In this document: positions 62,272 to 64,000 of the stretch, piece by piece
Layout of the letters: every line of letters begins with the position of its first letter
Numbering within the stretch: position 1 is the first letter of the stretch
Source: Nitrospirae bacterium MYbin3
GTDB lineage: Bacteria > Nitrospirota > Thermodesulfovibrionia > Thermodesulfovibrionales > Dissulfurispiraceae
Reading direction: 5' to 3'
Assembly (NCBI GenBank): GCA_002753335.1
Contig: PEAD01000005.1
Coordinates: 1-64,000 of the forward strand
DNA length: 64,000 nucleotides
Translations under genes and position numbers: made by a program
Notes under the pieces: model-generated
The model's database searches: none
Told to the model about the DNA's origin: nothing
What the model saw: the letters and a program-made list of their open reading frames with translations, nothing else

Positions 62272-62910
62272 TTACTCCACACCGCTCTTTTTAATAAACT
62301 TGTTGTAATAAGCCCTGCAGGACTTCATATCCTTCTTGCTGCAAGGCACGATAAGGTCTCTTTCTTCTTTTCCGTAGGCCTTATACGCTTGTGTTTCCCT
62401 TTTGGATATTTTTTTTACAACAGGCTCGGCTGCCACCGCAGGCTTTTCATTTTTTGCAGCAGCAATTCCCTTGCAAAGTACGCTATGGAGCGCATCTTCG
62501 GCGGTAAATGACGAAATATTAGTCCAGGGGTTATTAAGGAGAGGAGCCCTTACACGCTCACCTTCCAGAACCGTAATCTGCAGAAAACTGTACTGCCTTT
62601 CGGAGCAATTAATGCTCGTTAACGCCTCCAGCTTAACTTTTTTCTGCTCCATTTTCTGAATCCATACCGAAACAAAGCCGTCTGCTGGCTTAATCACACT
62701 GTTGCTATCATAAGAACATGCAAGCGCATCTTTGGAAAAATAATGCTTCCAGCTCTGATCGAAAAATTTATCGTTTTCGGCCGCGCGCTGCGCTTCTTCC
62801 TGCATACCCTCTGCGGTTGAAGTTTTAGACTCCTCGGCCTGAACCGGCACAGCAATTAAAATTATGGCAAAAAACAGAAAGAACGCTGTTTTAATTTCTC
62901 GATATATCAT
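62272..62910 (-). CDS. Secreted hypothetical protein
   Basis: Signal peptide ending VQA; cysteine pairs; GGAGGA SD. Confidence 0.65.
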   Translation of the reverse strand: MIYREIKTAFFLFFAIILIAVPVQAEESKTSTAEGMQEEAQRAAENDKFFDQSWKHYFSKDALACSYDSNSVIKPADGFVSVWIQKMEQKKVKLEALTSINCSERQYSFLQITVLEGERVRAPLLNNPWTNISSFTAEDALHSVLCKGIAAAKNEKPAVAAEPVVKKISKRETQAYKAYGKEERDLIVPCSKKDMKSCRAYYNKFIKKSGVE

Positions 62911-62975
62911 AAGTCTCTATCCTCCGCCGATTAAAATGAATATTTAATATTACAACTGGCTGATGATGGTGTCAA

Positions 62976-63016
62976 TAAAACAAATTGATAAAACAAATTG
63001 AGTAAAACAAATTGAG
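62976..63016. repeat. Three tandem copies of TAAAACAAATTGA(G)
   Basis: Copies at 62976-62988, 62989-63002 and 63003-63016, in a divergent intergenic region. Confidence 0.85.
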
Positions 63017-63088
63017 TATCCTTATCAGGATGTAGTTTTACGTATTTAAAGAGAAATCGTTTCTGCTAAAATTAAAGCCTAAACTATT

Positions 63089-64000
63089 ATGAGCACAAAG
63101 CTGTTTGATAAAATAGACCGGCTTCTCTCCAGAGAAACAGGCACGATATATAAAGACCCCGGCGGCAAGGTGTCTGTCTGTCTTGTGTATCCGAACACAT
63201 ACCGTATAGGAATGTCCAACCTTGGATTTCAGGGCATATACGGATTGCTGAACAGCCGCAGCGATGTTGTGTGCGAAAGGGCTTTTTTGCCTGACGATGA
63301 TGATATTCATATATATCGAAGATCCGGTACAAAAATATTCTCATTCGAATCAAAACGAAGGTTGACGGACTTCGATATCATCGCGTTTTCGCTTTCTTTC
63401 GAAAATGATTACCCTAACATAGCCAAAATACTTGATCTTGCAGGTATTCCGCTTTTGGCCTCTGATAGGAGCGGCCGTTATCCGTTGCTGATATCCGGAG
63501 GAGTGTGCTGTTTCTTTAATCCCGAACCTGTGGCCGAAATCTTCGATATAATTTTTATTGGCGAAGCTGAAGGGTCTTTAAGCGAGTTTATGGATTCGGT
63601 AAGAGTCAGCGATGATATCAAGGCGTCTGCAGCCACTATTGATGGAGTATATGTACCATCTTTTTATTCTTTGGAATACAATCAGGACGGGACTATCGAT
63701 AAGAGAGTTTCTTTGAACAATGCTCCGGAGAAGATTAAAGTCACGCATGTTCGAGATTTTAGTCACCGGATGACGGTAACAACGCCTGATTCAGAATTTT
63801 CTGGCATGTGCTTGATAGAGGTTATGCGCGGATGTCCTTGGAACTGCAGGTTCTGTCTTGTGGGGCACATTTACAACCCACCTAGAAAAAAAGATTTCGG
63901 AGCATTGCAAGCGGAAATAGAATCGTGCGGCGAAAAGAAGTCGGTCGGACTTATCGGTCCGTCATTGTCCGACTATCCTGCCATAAAAGAAGCCCTAATT
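63089..64000 (+). CDS. Radical SAM protein (B12-binding-like N-terminus), truncated by the window end
   Basis: Manual translation MSTKLFDKIDRLLSRETG...YPNTYRIGMSNLGFQ...NPEPVA...IGEAE...EVMRGCPWNCRFC (CxxxCxxC); absent from the ORF track, no stop seen in the window. Confidence 0.88.
   Translation, partial: MSTKLFDKIDRLLSRETGTIYKDPGGKVSVCLVYPNTYRIGMSNLGFQGIYGLLNSRSDVVCERAFLPDDDDIHIYRRSGTKIFSFESKRRLTDFDIIAFSLSFENDYPNIAKILDLAGIPLLASDRSGRYPLLISGGVCCFFNPEPVAEIFDIIFIGEAEGSLSEFMDSVRVSDDIKASAATIDGVYVPSFYSLEYNQDGTIDKRVSLNNAPEKIKVTHVRDFSHRMTVTTPDSEFSGMCLIEVMRGCPWNCRFCLVGHIYNPPRKKDFGALQAEIESCGEKKSVGLIGPSLSDYPAIKEALI

Noticed and set aside
60460..62910. Read-through fusion of the secreted protein with PolA (same frame, one TAA between)
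   Set aside because: The upstream protein has a signal peptide and no 5'-3' nuclease motifs; a separate SD plus CTG start explains polA better
62976..63016. Possible CRISPR array
   Set aside because: Repeats are 13-14 bp, contiguous, without spacers; no cas genes in the window

Overview
64 kb of bacterial chromosome, mostly housekeeping genes. Gene content suggests an anaerobic or microaerobic diderm, possibly Nitrospirota/Thermodesulfovibrionia-like (inference only). Core genes: mlaE/F/D-aspC, alr, tatA, mobA, dnaB, rplI, carA and carB (unlinked), ilvC-psd-pssA-leuA, pyrR-pyrB-pyrC with a PyrR attenuator, recA-recX-alaS, polA, plus signalling proteins (hybrid kinase, diguanylate cyclase, HDOD, sigma54 activator). 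One intact IS4-family element with terminal inverted repeats and a 9-bp target duplication sits next to the pyr promoter. There are several toxin-antitoxin-type genes or remnants. No rRNA, tRNA or CRISPR was seen. Most notable: (1) a coupled pair encoding a beta-propeller protein and an HAO-family cytochrome with nine CxxCH motifs instead of eight, both ending in SHOCT-like tails; (2) a Klenow-type PolA lacking the 5'-3' nuclease, probably CTG-initiated, with an N-terminal QYSLF clamp-binding-like motif; (3) a candidate ~65-nt sRNA with a near-consensus sigma70 promoter, two CUCCCC motifs and a terminator; (4) recurrent leaderless-type gene starts. All family assignments come from motif recognition by eye, not database searches.
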